A stretch of DNA of 64,000 nt from an uncultured Lachnospiraceae bacterium (GTDB lineage: Bacteria > Bacillota > Clostridia > Lachnospirales > Lachnospiraceae). The translations under genes and the position numbers were made by a program. The number at the start of each line of letters is the position of its first letter. The stretch's first letter is position 1. Of the stretch, positions 45,738 through 55,142 are shown piece by piece. The notes under the pieces are model-generated. The model worked only from the letters and a program-made list of their open reading frames with translations. It ran no database searches and was not told where the DNA came from. The DNA lies in NCBI GenBank assembly GCA_902765725.1, contig CACXAT010000010.1, positions 2,542 to 66,541 on the forward strand, given 5' to 3'.

Positions 45738-47039
45738 ATGAGTGAACATATCTGCAAATTTGAGACACTGCAGCTTCATGTAGGACAGGAGAAGGCGGAT
45801 CCGGCAACCGACGCGAGAGCGGTCCCGATCTATCAGACCACTTCTTATGTATTTCACAGCGCACAGCACGCAGCGGACCGGTTCGGGCTCAGAGATGCCG
45901 GCAATATCTACGGCAGACTGACGAACTCCACGCAGGGGGTCCTGGAAGAGAGGATCGCGGCGCTGGAGGGCGGCGTTGCGGCGCTGGCCCTGGCAGCAGG
46001 CGCTGCGGCTGTCACCTATTCGATCCTGGCGCTGGCAGGCGCGGGCGATCATGTAGTAGCGCAGAACACGATCTACGGCGGAAGCTACAACCTGCTGGAT
46101 CAGACGCTTCCGAACTACGGCATTCAGACATCCTTTGTCGACGTGCATGACCTGGAAGCGGTCGAGAACGCGATTAACGAGAAGACGAAGGTGATCTTCA
46201 TCGAGACCCTCGGCAATCCGAACTCCGATATACCGGACATTGACGCGATCGCACAGATCGCCCACAGCCACGGTATCCCGCTGGTGATCGACAACACCTT
46301 CGGCACGCCGTACGCGATCCGTCCGTTTGAGCACGGAGCGGACATCGTGGTACACTCGGCCACCAAGTTCATCGGAGGCCACGGGACCACCCTGGGCGGA
46401 CTGATCGTGGACGGAGGCAAGTTTGACTGGAATGCATCCGGCAAGTTCCCGCAGTTTACAGAGCCCAACGCCAGCTATCACGGCGTATCCTTCGTGCAGG
46501 CGGCAGGCGCGGCGGCCTATGTGACCTACATCCGCGCGATCCTGCTGCGCGACACCGGAGCCGCCATCTCACCCTTCAATGCGTTCCTGCTTCTGCAGGG
46601 CCTCGAGACCCTGTCCCTGCGCCTGGAGCGGCACGCGGAGAACACGAAGAAGGTGGTGGAGTTTTTGGCAGCACATCCGCAGGTGGAGGAGGTCAGTCAT
46701 CCCTCCCTCCCGGACCATCCCGATCACGCGCTGTATGAGAAGTATTTCCCGAACGGCGGAGCGTCCATCTTCACCTTCCGCATCAAAGGCGGCAAGGAGG
46801 AAGCCTACGCGTTCATCGATGGTCTGAAGATCTTCTCCCTCCTGGCGAATGTGGCAGATGTCAAGAGCCTGGTGATCCACCCCTACGACACGACCCACGC
46901 GGAGATGACGCCGGAGCAGCTGGAAGCGGCAGGCATCTATCAGAACACGATCCGCCTGTCCATCGGAACCGAGCACATTGACGATATCATCTGGGATCTG
47001 GAGCAGGGCTTTGCGGCTGCTGCGAAACTGAACGGGTGA
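45738..47039 (+). CDS. metY: O-acetylhomoserine aminocarboxypropyltransferase (sulfhydrylase)
   Basis: VPIYQTTSY, GNIYGRLTN, VIDNTF, HSATKFIGGHG, LLANVADVKSLVIHP. Confidence 0.9.
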   Translation: MSEHICKFETLQLHVGQEKADPATDARAVPIYQTTSYVFHSAQHAADRFGLRDAGNIYGRLTNSTQGVLEERIAALEGGVAALALAAGAAAVTYSILALAGAGDHVVAQNTIYGGSYNLLDQTLPNYGIQTSFVDVHDLEAVENAINEKTKVIFIETLGNPNSDIPDIDAIAQIAHSHGIPLVIDNTFGTPYAIRPFEHGADIVVHSATKFIGGHGTTLGGLIVDGGKFDWNASGKFPQFTEPNASYHGVSFVQAAGAAAYVTYIRAILLRDTGAAISPFNAFLLLQGLETLSLRLERHAENTKKVVEFLAAHPQVEEVSHPSLPDHPDHALYEKYFPNGGASIFTFRIKGGKEEAYAFIDGLKIFSLLANVADVKSLVIHPYDTTHAEMTPEQLEAAGIYQNTIRLSIGTEHIDDIIWDLEQGFAAAAKLNG

Positions 47040-47059
47040 GACTGAGAGAGGAGTCCATT

Positions 47060-47923
47060 ATGAAAAAGATCAGAAAGAATACCATTATTGCAGCATTAAC
47101 AGCCCTTGGACTGGGCGCAGCGCTCGCCTCCCCCGCGCTTGCGGATGAGTCCTTCCGCACACTGGACGAGATCAAAGAGAGCGGAACCATTAATATCGGA
47201 GTGTTCTCCGACAAGAGTCCCTTCGGCTACGTGGGTGAGAACGGAGACTACCAGGGGTATGACGTGTACCTGGCCGAGCACCTGGGAGAAGACCTGGGCG
47301 TGGAGATCAACTATGTATCTACGGAAGCGGCCAACCGGATCGAGTATCTGCAGACCGGCAAGGTCGACATCATCCTGGCGAATTTCACGGTGACGCCGGA
47401 GCGCGCCGAGGAGGTGGATTTCGCGCTGCCCTACATGAATGTGGCGCTGGGCGTCGTGTCTCCGGAGGATGCGGTGATCGAGAGTCTGGATGACATCGGA
47501 GAGGATGATCAGGTCATCGTCATCTCAGGAACGACTGCCGAGACCTATCTGGTGAAGAACAATCCTGAGATCAAGCTGCAGAAGTACGATGCATACGCCG
47601 AAGCGAAGACCGCATTTGAAAATGGAAACGGCGTGGCATGGGCCAATGACAATACCGAGGTCATCGCATTTTCCATTGAAAATGAAGGATATGTGGTCGG
47701 CATCCCGTCCCTTGGCAGTGCGGATACGATCGCGCCGGCAGTCACCAAGGGCAACGAGACTCTGCTGAACTGGCTCAATGAGGAAATCGTCGCCCTGGGC
47801 GAAGAGAATTTCTTCCACGCAGACTATGAAGCGACCCTGCTGGATACCTACGGCGCCGACTATGAGGACACTCTTGTGATCGAAGGCGGAGCCGTGGCCG
47901 GCAGCGAGACGGAGGCTGAATAA
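47060..47923 (+). CDS. Polar amino-acid (cysteine-type) ABC substrate-binding protein
   Basis: TLDEIKESG, GVFSDKSPFGY, ANRIEYLQTGKVD, ANFTVTPER; downstream of metY. Confidence 0.85.
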   Translation: MKKIRKNTIIAALTALGLGAALASPALADESFRTLDEIKESGTINIGVFSDKSPFGYVGENGDYQGYDVYLAEHLGEDLGVEINYVSTEAANRIEYLQTGKVDIILANFTVTPERAEEVDFALPYMNVALGVVSPEDAVIESLDDIGEDDQVIVISGTTAETYLVKNNPEIKLQKYDAYAEAKTAFENGNGVAWANDNTEVIAFSIENEGYVVGIPSLGSADTIAPAVTKGNETLLNWLNEEIVALGEENFFHADYEATLLDTYGADYEDTLVIEGGAVAGSETEAE

Positions 47924-47955
47924 GAAGTAAGATCTGACAGGAGGGAAATGTCCGG

Positions 47956-48615
47956 ATGGATATGAGTGTAATCAACTCCTATATCCCTCTGTACCGGGAC
48001 GCACTGCTGCTCACGCTCAGGATCGGGTGGCAGGGCGTCTTTTGGGCGTTCATCATCGGACTCGGGTGCACCCTGATCCGTCAGCTGCGCATCCCGGTGC
48101 TGAGGGGCGTGGTAACTGTCTATGTGGAGCTGCTGCGCAATACGCCTCTGCTGGTACAGCTGTTTTTTCTGTATTTTGCGCTGCCGAAGATCGGTATCCG
48201 CATAAGTGCCGAGGTCTGCGGCAGCCTGGGCCTGGGGCTTCTTGGCGGGGCATATATGGCCGAGACCTTCCGCAGCGGACTGGACAATATCGCTCCGGTC
48301 CAGGAGGAAAGCGCGCTGAGCCTGGGCATGAGCCGTTACCAGACGCTTCGCTATGTGATCTTTCCGCAGGCCGCTTCCGCAAGCATGGCCGGGATCCTGG
48401 CCAATGTGATCTTTCTGCTGAAGGAGACCAGCGTTTTTTCGGTCATCAGTCTGATGGACCTGATGTTCACCGCCAAGGACCTGATCGGGATGTATGCCAA
48501 GACCATCGAATGCCTGACCCTTCTGGTGATGTTCTACCTGATCATGCTGCTTCCGGTGTCGCTGCTCGGGACCGTCCTGGAGAGGAGGCTTCGTTTTGCA
48601 GAGTTTGGGAATTGA
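47956..48615 (+). CDS. Amino-acid ABC transporter permease
   Basis: RNTPLLVQLFF, GAYMAETFRSG, EAA-type loop, LLKETS. Confidence 0.9.
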   Translation: MDMSVINSYIPLYRDALLLTLRIGWQGVFWAFIIGLGCTLIRQLRIPVLRGVVTVYVELLRNTPLLVQLFFLYFALPKIGIRISAEVCGSLGLGLLGGAYMAETFRSGLDNIAPVQEESALSLGMSRYQTLRYVIFPQAASASMAGILANVIFLLKETSVFSVISLMDLMFTAKDLIGMYAKTIECLTLLVMFYLIMLLPVSLLGTVLERRLRFAEFGN

Positions 48616-49270
48616 CGTACTCTTAAAGGGAAGCAATTTTCTGCGGCTTCTCACAGGACTCTGGACGGCAGTGAGGATCAGCCTGATCTCGGTTGCGATC
48701 AGCATTGCGCTGGGCATCCTTGCGGGTATGCTGATGACCTCGAAAAGCACCCTGGTGAAGGTGCTGATGCGGGTCTATCTGGAGATCGTGCGGATCATGC
48801 CGCAGATGGTGCTGCTGTTTATCGTGTATTTCGGCACGACCCGCGTGTTCGGCCTGAACCTCGAGGCGGAAACGGCGGCCATCATCGTATTTACTTTCTG
48901 GGGAACCGCGGAGATGGGAGACCTGGTGCGCGGCGCTCTGATCAGCATCCCGAGGATCCAGTATGAGAGCGCGGCGGCTCTGGGCATGAGCGAGACAGCC
49001 GCGTTCCGGTATGTGATCCTGCCCCAGACCGTCCGAAGACTGATTCCGCTCTCCATCAACCTGATCACGCGCATGATCAAGACGACCAGTCTGGTGATGA
49101 TGATCGGGATCGTAGAGGTACTGAAGGTGGGGCAGCAGATTATCGAGGCAAACCGAAAAACATCACCGAACGCGGCCTTCGGCGTGTTCGCGGTGGTGTT
49201 TCTGATGTATTTTCTGATCTGCTGGCCGGTCAGCAGGCTGGCAGCGCGGCTGGAGAAAAGGTGGGCATGA
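48596..49270 (+). CDS. Amino-acid ABC transporter permease
   Basis: AEMGDLVRGA, QYESAAALG, MIKTTSL. Confidence 0.9.
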   Translation: MQSLGIDVLLKGSNFLRLLTGLWTAVRISLISVAISIALGILAGMLMTSKSTLVKVLMRVYLEIVRIMPQMVLLFIVYFGTTRVFGLNLEAETAAIIVFTFWGTAEMGDLVRGALISIPRIQYESAAALGMSETAAFRYVILPQTVRRLIPLSINLITRMIKTTSLVMMIGIVEVLKVGQQIIEANRKTSPNAAFGVFAVVFLMYFLICWPVSRLAARLEKRWA

Positions 49271-50016
49271 CAATGGAAAATGAAGTACTCAGGATCGAAC
49301 ATCTGCACAAGGAATTCGAAGGAAATGTGATCCTGAAGGATCTGAACCTGACGGTACGCAGAGGAGAAGTAATCGTGGTGATCGGGCCCTCCGGCTGCGG
49401 CAAGAGTACGTTCCTTCGCTGCATCAACGCACTGGAGGACATCCAGGGCGGACAGATCCTGCTGGACGGGCATCCGGTGCGAAGAGACGCGAAGGATGTT
49501 ACGCAGATGAGGCAGAAGATCGGGATGGTGTTCCAGAGCTATGATCTGTTCCCGCACAAAACGATCCTCCACAATATCACGCTGGCACCGGAAAAGGTGC
49601 AGAAGCGTCCCCGGGCGGAGGCGGAGAAGGAGGCCATGGAGCTGCTGGAGCGCGTCGGCCTGGCGGACCGCGCAGGGGACTATCCCAGGCAGCTGTCCGG
49701 CGGTCAGAAGCAGCGTGTGGCGATCGTCCGCGCGTTGTGTATGCACCCTGAGATCCTGCTGCTGGATGAGATCACGGCAGCCCTGGACCCGGAGATGGTG
49801 CATGAAGTGCTTGAGGTGGTAGTGTCTCTGGCGCGCTTGGGAAGCACCATGCTGATCGTAACCCACGAGATGGCATTTGCCCGGGCCATCGCGGACCGCG
49901 TGCTGTTTCTGGACGGCGGTGAGATCGTGGAGGAGAGCAGCGATCCGAAAGCATTTTTTACAAAACCGCAGACACCGCGCGCGCAGGCGTTCCTGAAAAC
50001 CTTTGATTATGAATAA
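49267..50016 (+). CDS. Amino-acid ABC transporter ATP-binding protein
   Basis: GPSGCGKS, LSGGQKQR, LLLDEITAALDPE, VTHEM. Confidence 0.93.
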   Translation: MTMENEVLRIEHLHKEFEGNVILKDLNLTVRRGEVIVVIGPSGCGKSTFLRCINALEDIQGGQILLDGHPVRRDAKDVTQMRQKIGMVFQSYDLFPHKTILHNITLAPEKVQKRPRAEAEKEAMELLERVGLADRAGDYPRQLSGGQKQRVAIVRALCMHPEILLLDEITAALDPEMVHEVLEVVVSLARLGSTMLIVTHEMAFARAIADRVLFLDGGEIVEESSDPKAFFTKPQTPRAQAFLKTFDYE

Positions 50017-50087
50017 CGGCCTGTGGACATTTCGTAAAAAAGGATCGGATGAGGAGAAAAATGACTGACTGAGTCAATGTATGTCAC

Positions 50088-50126
50088 GTCCCCTCTGCCC
50101 TTAGCGGCAGGGGGGATTCCTGTTAT
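50088..50126 (+). terminator. Probable terminator after the ABC operon
   Basis: CCCCTCTGCC-cttagc-GGCAGGGGGG, then ATTCCTGTT. Confidence 0.5.
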
Positions 50127-50275
50127 TCCTGAGTAAGAGTATCGTTCGTACAAAGAAAAGACTTTTTTATGGCAAGACCGGAGAAGGAATGATACAATAA
50201 TTGTTGTAATTGTGCCAATTTTCCGGACGGATCAGTAATCATTTAGTGCAGAATACCTGCAGTCAGGAGTTGAAT

Positions 50276-51688
50276 ATGAGAAAAACCAAGATCGTATGTA
50301 CCATCGGCCCGGCAAGTGAATCGGAGGAGATGCTGCGCGCGCTGTGCGCTGCCGGCATGAATGTAGCCAGGCTCAACTTTTCCCATGGAACGCATGACGA
50401 GCATCTGCGCCGGATCGAAGCGATCAGGAAGGTCCGCAGTGAAATGAACATGCCGATCGCAATCATGCTGGATACAAAAGGACCGGAATATCGTATCGGT
50501 ATCTTTGAGAACGGAAGCATCGAACTGAAGGAGGGGGATCACTTCATCTTCACGACCGATCAGGTAACGGGTGATCAGGAGAAGGTCAGCGTGAGCTATC
50601 CGCTTCTGTATGAAGACATGGAGCCGGGCGACACGATCCTGGTGAACAATGGCCTGCTGATCTTCCATGTCACGAAGGTGGACGGGCATGACATCCATAC
50701 GGTCGTAGAGTGCGGCGGAACCATGTCCAACCGCAAGAGCATGAGCTTCCCGGGCAAGGTGATCCACCAGACCTATCTGTCCGAGCAGGACAAGTCGGAC
50801 ATCCTCTTCGGCATCCAGAACGGAGTCGATTTCGTGGCATGTTCCTTCGTGTCGGTGCGCCAGGACCTGATCGATGTGCATGAATTCATGGATGCCAACG
50901 GCGGCGATGGCATCGAGCTGATCGCCAAGATCGAGAACCAGTCGGGCTTCGACAACATCGAAGACATCTGTAAGGAATGCGATGGCATCATGGTCGCCCG
51001 CGGCGACATGGGCGTGGAGATCCCCTTCGAGCAGCTGCCGGCGATCCAGAAGAACCTGATCACCAAGTGCCGCATGCTGGGCAAGAGAGTCATCACTGCC
51101 ACGGAGATGCTGGAGTCCATGATCAATAATCCGCGTCCGACCCGTGCTGAGACCTCCGACGTCGCGAACGCTGTCTATGACGGGACCAGCGCCGTGATGC
51201 TGTCCGGTGAGACGGCGGCCGGCAAGTACCCTGTCGAGGCGGTGAAGGCGATGGCCAGGATCGCGGAGGCGACCGAGAAGAATATTGACTATACGAAGCG
51301 TTTCCACGACGCTTCCTTCCTGATCAAGAATGATGTGGACGCCATCTCCCACGCGACCTGCGGCATGGCGATCGACATCAAGGCAAAATGCATCGTCGCC
51401 TGCACCATCTCCGGCATGACGGCGCGCATGGTCTCCAGGTTCCGCGGACCGGTGGACATCATCGGCATGACGACGGACGAGAGGACCTGGCGCAAGCTGG
51501 CGCTCTCCTGGGGCGTGAATCCGCAGATGAGCGAGTATTATCCGTCCACGGATGTTCTTTTCTACAGCGCGCTCAAGAACGCGATCAACACCATGAACCT
51601 GACGAAGGGAGATCAGATCGTCATTACCGGCGGTTATGTCAACGGCGAATCCGGCAACACCAACCTGATCAAGATCGAGAGAGTATAA
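50276..51688 (+). CDS. pyk: Pyruvate kinase
   Basis: RKTKIVCTIGP, RLNFSHG, DTKGPE, IAKIE, MVARGD, TATEML, VMLSGETA; upstream TGGCAA-17-TACAAT. Confidence 0.97.
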   Translation: MRKTKIVCTIGPASESEEMLRALCAAGMNVARLNFSHGTHDEHLRRIEAIRKVRSEMNMPIAIMLDTKGPEYRIGIFENGSIELKEGDHFIFTTDQVTGDQEKVSVSYPLLYEDMEPGDTILVNNGLLIFHVTKVDGHDIHTVVECGGTMSNRKSMSFPGKVIHQTYLSEQDKSDILFGIQNGVDFVACSFVSVRQDLIDVHEFMDANGGDGIELIAKIENQSGFDNIEDICKECDGIMVARGDMGVEIPFEQLPAIQKNLITKCRMLGKRVITATEMLESMINNPRPTRAETSDVANAVYDGTSAVMLSGETAAGKYPVEAVKAMARIAEATEKNIDYTKRFHDASFLIKNDVDAISHATCGMAIDIKAKCIVACTISGMTARMVSRFRGPVDIIGMTTDERTWRKLALSWGVNPQMSEYYPSTDVLFYSALKNAINTMNLTKGDQIVITGGYVNGESGNTNLIKIERV

Positions 51689-51748
51689 AACGCCGGCACT
51701 GCCTGTGCCCGGTGAAGAGAATACAGCAACAGATCGAAGGAGACCGTT

Positions 51749-52996
51749 ATGAGCGAAATGAACAGAAAGTACCAGATCGACACAGAAGAAAACCGTGCGT
51801 TTCTGAAGAGCCTGACAGAGGATCTGCTGAAGTTCGGGCACAGATTCCCCTCTCCCCAGGGATCCTCCTACTATCTTGGCGATGACGGAACTCCCTGGAC
51901 GGACCGTCCCCGCGAGACCTTTGTCACCTGCCGCATGGCTCATTCCTACAGCATCGGACATTTCCTGGGACATCCGGGCAGCGAGGAGCTGATCGACGCG
52001 GCCCTGAAGGGACTCCAGGGAGAACTGAAGGATACGAAGAACGGCGGCTGGTATCCGGGGATCAGGGCGGACGGAACTCCCCTTCCCGGAAAGCTGTGCT
52101 ATGCACATGCATTTGTGATCCTCGCGGCCACCTCATCCCTCCTTGCGGGAAGGCCCGGCGCGAAGGAGCTGCTGGATGAGGCCCTTGCCGCATATGACCG
52201 CTTCTACTGGGATGAGGAAGAGGGCATGGCATATGACACCTGGAATACGGAGTTCACAGTCCTGGATGACTACCGCGGACTGAACGCGAACATGCATACT
52301 GTGGAAGCCTTCCTGGCTGCGGCGGATGCTGCAGGGCTGGAGGAGTACAGAGTCCGCGCGGGCCGTATCATCGACAGAGTGCTGGGCTGGGCATCAAAGA
52401 ACAACTGGAGGATCCCGGAACACTTCAGCAGCGACTGGGAGCCGGATCTGGAATGCAATAAGGACAGACCTGCGGATCAGTTCAAGCCCTACGGAGCAAC
52501 CCCCGGACATGGCCTGGAGTGGAGCCGCCTGATCACCCAGTGGGCAGTATCGACCTTCAGGGAGGATACCGTATCCGCCGCACACTATGTGGAAGCGGCC
52601 GAGAATCTCTTCCTGCGCGCAGTGCAGGATGCATGGAACACGGACGGGGCTCCGGGCATCGTGTACACCACGGACTGGAACGGGGTGCCGGTGGTACATG
52701 ACCGCATGCACTGGGTCCTCGCGGAAGGGATCAACACGGCGGCGACGCTGTACCGGGTGACCGGAAAGCAGGTCTATGCGGATTATTATGCACAGTTCAT
52801 GGAATATCTGGATGATAAGGTAGTGGACCATGTGAATGGTTCCTGGTTCCACCAGATGGACCGTGACAATCATGTGATCGGAACGGTATGGCCTGGCAAG
52901 AATGATCTGTATCATGCGCTTCAGGCAACGCTGATCCCGTATTACAGACCGGGCGTATCCATCGCGCTGGCTGTGAAGAATCAGGATTGTGAATAA
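51749..52996 (+). CDS. AGE-family epimerase/isomerase (mannose isomerase/YihS-like)
   Basis: RGLNANMHTVEAF, PYGATPGHGLEW, GSWFHQMD, GKNDLYHA. Confidence 0.85.
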   Translation: MSEMNRKYQIDTEENRAFLKSLTEDLLKFGHRFPSPQGSSYYLGDDGTPWTDRPRETFVTCRMAHSYSIGHFLGHPGSEELIDAALKGLQGELKDTKNGGWYPGIRADGTPLPGKLCYAHAFVILAATSSLLAGRPGAKELLDEALAAYDRFYWDEEEGMAYDTWNTEFTVLDDYRGLNANMHTVEAFLAAADAAGLEEYRVRAGRIIDRVLGWASKNNWRIPEHFSSDWEPDLECNKDRPADQFKPYGATPGHGLEWSRLITQWAVSTFREDTVSAAHYVEAAENLFLRAVQDAWNTDGAPGIVYTTDWNGVPVVHDRMHWVLAEGINTAATLYRVTGKQVYADYYAQFMEYLDDKVVDHVNGSWFHQMDRDNHVIGTVWPGKNDLYHALQATLIPYYRPGVSIALAVKNQDCE

Positions 52997-53038
52997 ACAC
53001 ATGGAAACACATTGTCATTTGGAGAGGCGGGGTGTCAG

Positions 53039-54910
53039 ATGGGCAATTTTGAGATTCTAAGACAGCGTAAGGAATTAAAGAAGAGAAGTCATCAGATCGT
53101 ACGCAGTCATTATCTGGTTCTTCTCTTCCTGACACTGGTAGTGATCCTGTTCGGTACGGAATTCACCTACATCAAGGAAAACTGGGGTGAGAATCCCTTC
53201 TTCGGCCGAGAAGCCGAAGAGGATACAGATGACGTGGGCTCTATTCTCGACAGCGATTCGGTGCTGAGTGATATCATGCAGGGCAGGATGTCCGAAGGCG
53301 AGGCTGTGTCAGAGCAGCTGGAAGGGGAGATCAAAGAGAGGGGGGACACAAGCAAGGTGCTGGGACGGACCAGAGGCGTCTTCTCACAGCTTGTGAATAT
53401 GGCCTCCTCCGGCAAGTTCTATTCTTCGGCGGCAAGGACTCTCTTCTCGGTCGTAAAGTCTGAGACCCTCGTGGGCGTGATCTTCATCCTGATCAGCTTC
53501 TTCTGGTATATTGCGGTCTATTTCCTGATCCGGAATATGATATCGGTGATCTACCGAAGGGTGCTGCTCCTGTTGCGCATCTATGAGAACATCACTCCCG
53601 GGGATATACTGCATTTTGTCGCGGTGCGGAAATGGGTCAAGGCAGCCTGGGTGATGCTGGTGATGGATATCTACCACGCACTGTGGTATCTGACTGTCAT
53701 AGGCGGCCTCATTAAGTCCTATTCCTACTTCGCGGTGCCCTACATCATTGCGGAGAATCCGGATCTGAAGTCCAATGAAGCGATCACCCTGTCCAGAAAG
53801 ATGATGGACGGCTATAAACTGGAGCTCCTCCTGTACCAGGTCACGATGATCGGCTGGCACATTCTGGGAGCGATCACCTTCAGTGTCTCTGAATACGCAT
53901 ATGGCGTGGCGTACAGGACCGCCTGTGAGACGGAGTTCTACACGAAAGTCCGCGAAGCGGCGATCCGCAATCAGATCGATGGCTGGGAGCTGCTGTGCGA
54001 CAGGTACTTATATGAGAAGGCCGACAAGATCGAGCTCTATGAGACCTACTTTGACGTAGTCGATGAGATCACCCTGATCCATGAGCAGAAGATGGAGCTG
54101 ACCGGATACCGCAAGGTCCTGGCCGACTGGTTCGGAATCTGGTGGGGTTCTCTGGCTGACAAGAAGAAGTACGATGAGCTGGAAGGCAGGAAGTACGCGA
54201 TCGTGCACTACCGGATGTGCATGGATGGGAAGGCCTATCCCCAGTGGCTCAATCCGCTGTGGCGCAGGAAAGAGATCTCAAAGGTGGGACACGTTTCATT
54301 CCTCCGCAACTACTCCATCTGGACACTCTTCCTTCTGTTTATCAGCTTCTCCTTCATCGGATGGTCGTGGGAGGTGGCCCTGCACTTTATGCAGGCAGGT
54401 GAATTCGTAAACCGCGGTACCCTTCTGGGACCCTGGCTTCCGATCTATGGATCCGGCGGCGTGATCGTCCTGATGCTGTGCTCGCGCTTCCGCAAGAATC
54501 CTGCTCTGGAGTTTATCACAGCTGTCATTCTGTGCGGCACGCTGGAATACTTCGCAGGATGGTATCTGGAGACAAAGTTCCACCGCAGATGGTGGTCCTA
54601 TGATGGTTATTTCCTGAATCTGCACGGCAGAATCTGTGCGGAAGGCCTGCTGGTATTCGGCGTGGGCTGCTGCCTTGTGGTCTACCTGATCGCGCCGCTG
54701 TTCGACATCCTGCTGTCCAGGATCAAGAGCAGCATCCTGATCCCGATCTGTATCGTACTGGCAGTCCTGTTCGGAGCGGACCAGATCCACTCCAGCTTCC
54801 ACCCGAACATGGCCAAGGGCGCCGTGGAACAGAAGCCTGTGGAGACAGGAGGCTCTGAGACGGGAGGCTCTGAGGCGGGAGGCCCTGAGACAGAAGCATC
54901 CGCCACATAG
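53039..54910 (+). CDS. Membrane protein, DUF975-like domain fused to a CmpB/TMEM229-like domain
   Basis: IKSYSYFAVPYI..ENP..SRKMMDGYK; C-terminal SFIGWSWE, RGTLLGPWLPIYG, WWSYD, NLHGRIC. Confidence 0.75.
   Translation: MGNFEILRQRKELKKRSHQIVRSHYLVLLFLTLVVILFGTEFTYIKENWGENPFFGREAEEDTDDVGSILDSDSVLSDIMQGRMSEGEAVSEQLEGEIKERGDTSKVLGRTRGVFSQLVNMASSGKFYSSAARTLFSVVKSETLVGVIFILISFFWYIAVYFLIRNMISVIYRRVLLLLRIYENITPGDILHFVAVRKWVKAAWVMLVMDIYHALWYLTVIGGLIKSYSYFAVPYIIAENPDLKSNEAITLSRKMMDGYKLELLLYQVTMIGWHILGAITFSVSEYAYGVAYRTACETEFYTKVREAAIRNQIDGWELLCDRYLYEKADKIELYETYFDVVDEITLIHEQKMELTGYRKVLADWFGIWWGSLADKKKYDELEGRKYAIVHYRMCMDGKAYPQWLNPLWRRKEISKVGHVSFLRNYSIWTLFLLFISFSFIGWSWEVALHFMQAGEFVNRGTLLGPWLPIYGSGGVIVLMLCSRFRKNPALEFITAVILCGTLEYFAGWYLETKFHRRWWSYDGYFLNLHGRICAEGLLVFGVGCCLVVYLIAPLFDILLSRIKSSILIPICIVLAVLFGADQIHSSFHPNMAKGAVEQKPVETGGSETGGSEAGGPETEASAT
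54842..54901 (+). repeat. 4 x 15-bp in-frame repeat (ETGGS ETGGS EAGGP ETEAS)
   Basis: gagacaggaggctct, gagacgggaggctct, gaggcgggaggccct, gagacagaagcatcc. Confidence 0.8.
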
Positions 54911-54982
54911 AGCAGCAGGCTGAGGGGATCCCGGGACAGAACTGATCCGGAGATGAAACAGGCCGGTTTATACCGGCTGCAG

Positions 54983-55017
54983 GCAGCAGGCGGTGCAATG
55001 CCGTCTGCTGCTTTTTT
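54983..55017 (+). terminator. Intrinsic terminator
   Basis: GCAGCAGGCGG...CCGTCTGCTGC followed by TTTTTT. Confidence 0.75.
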
Positions 55018-55142
55018 GTAGATACACACACTTTTCTGACAGCTTGCCCGGGAGTACAATATCTGTAAGACACAGAATTCGCTTCTGCATCAGCTGCAGA
55101 GCCTGGAGGTGGATCATGGGAGAGACGGGGAGAGACAGACGC

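Noticed and set aside
50243-52108. Long antisense ORFs (this 621-aa one, plus 26128-28158, 30893-32761, 8831-10492, 5985-7526 and many shorter ones)
   Set aside because: They lie opposite well-supported genes, have no recognisable motifs or SD, and are the expected shadow ORFs of GC-rich codon usage.
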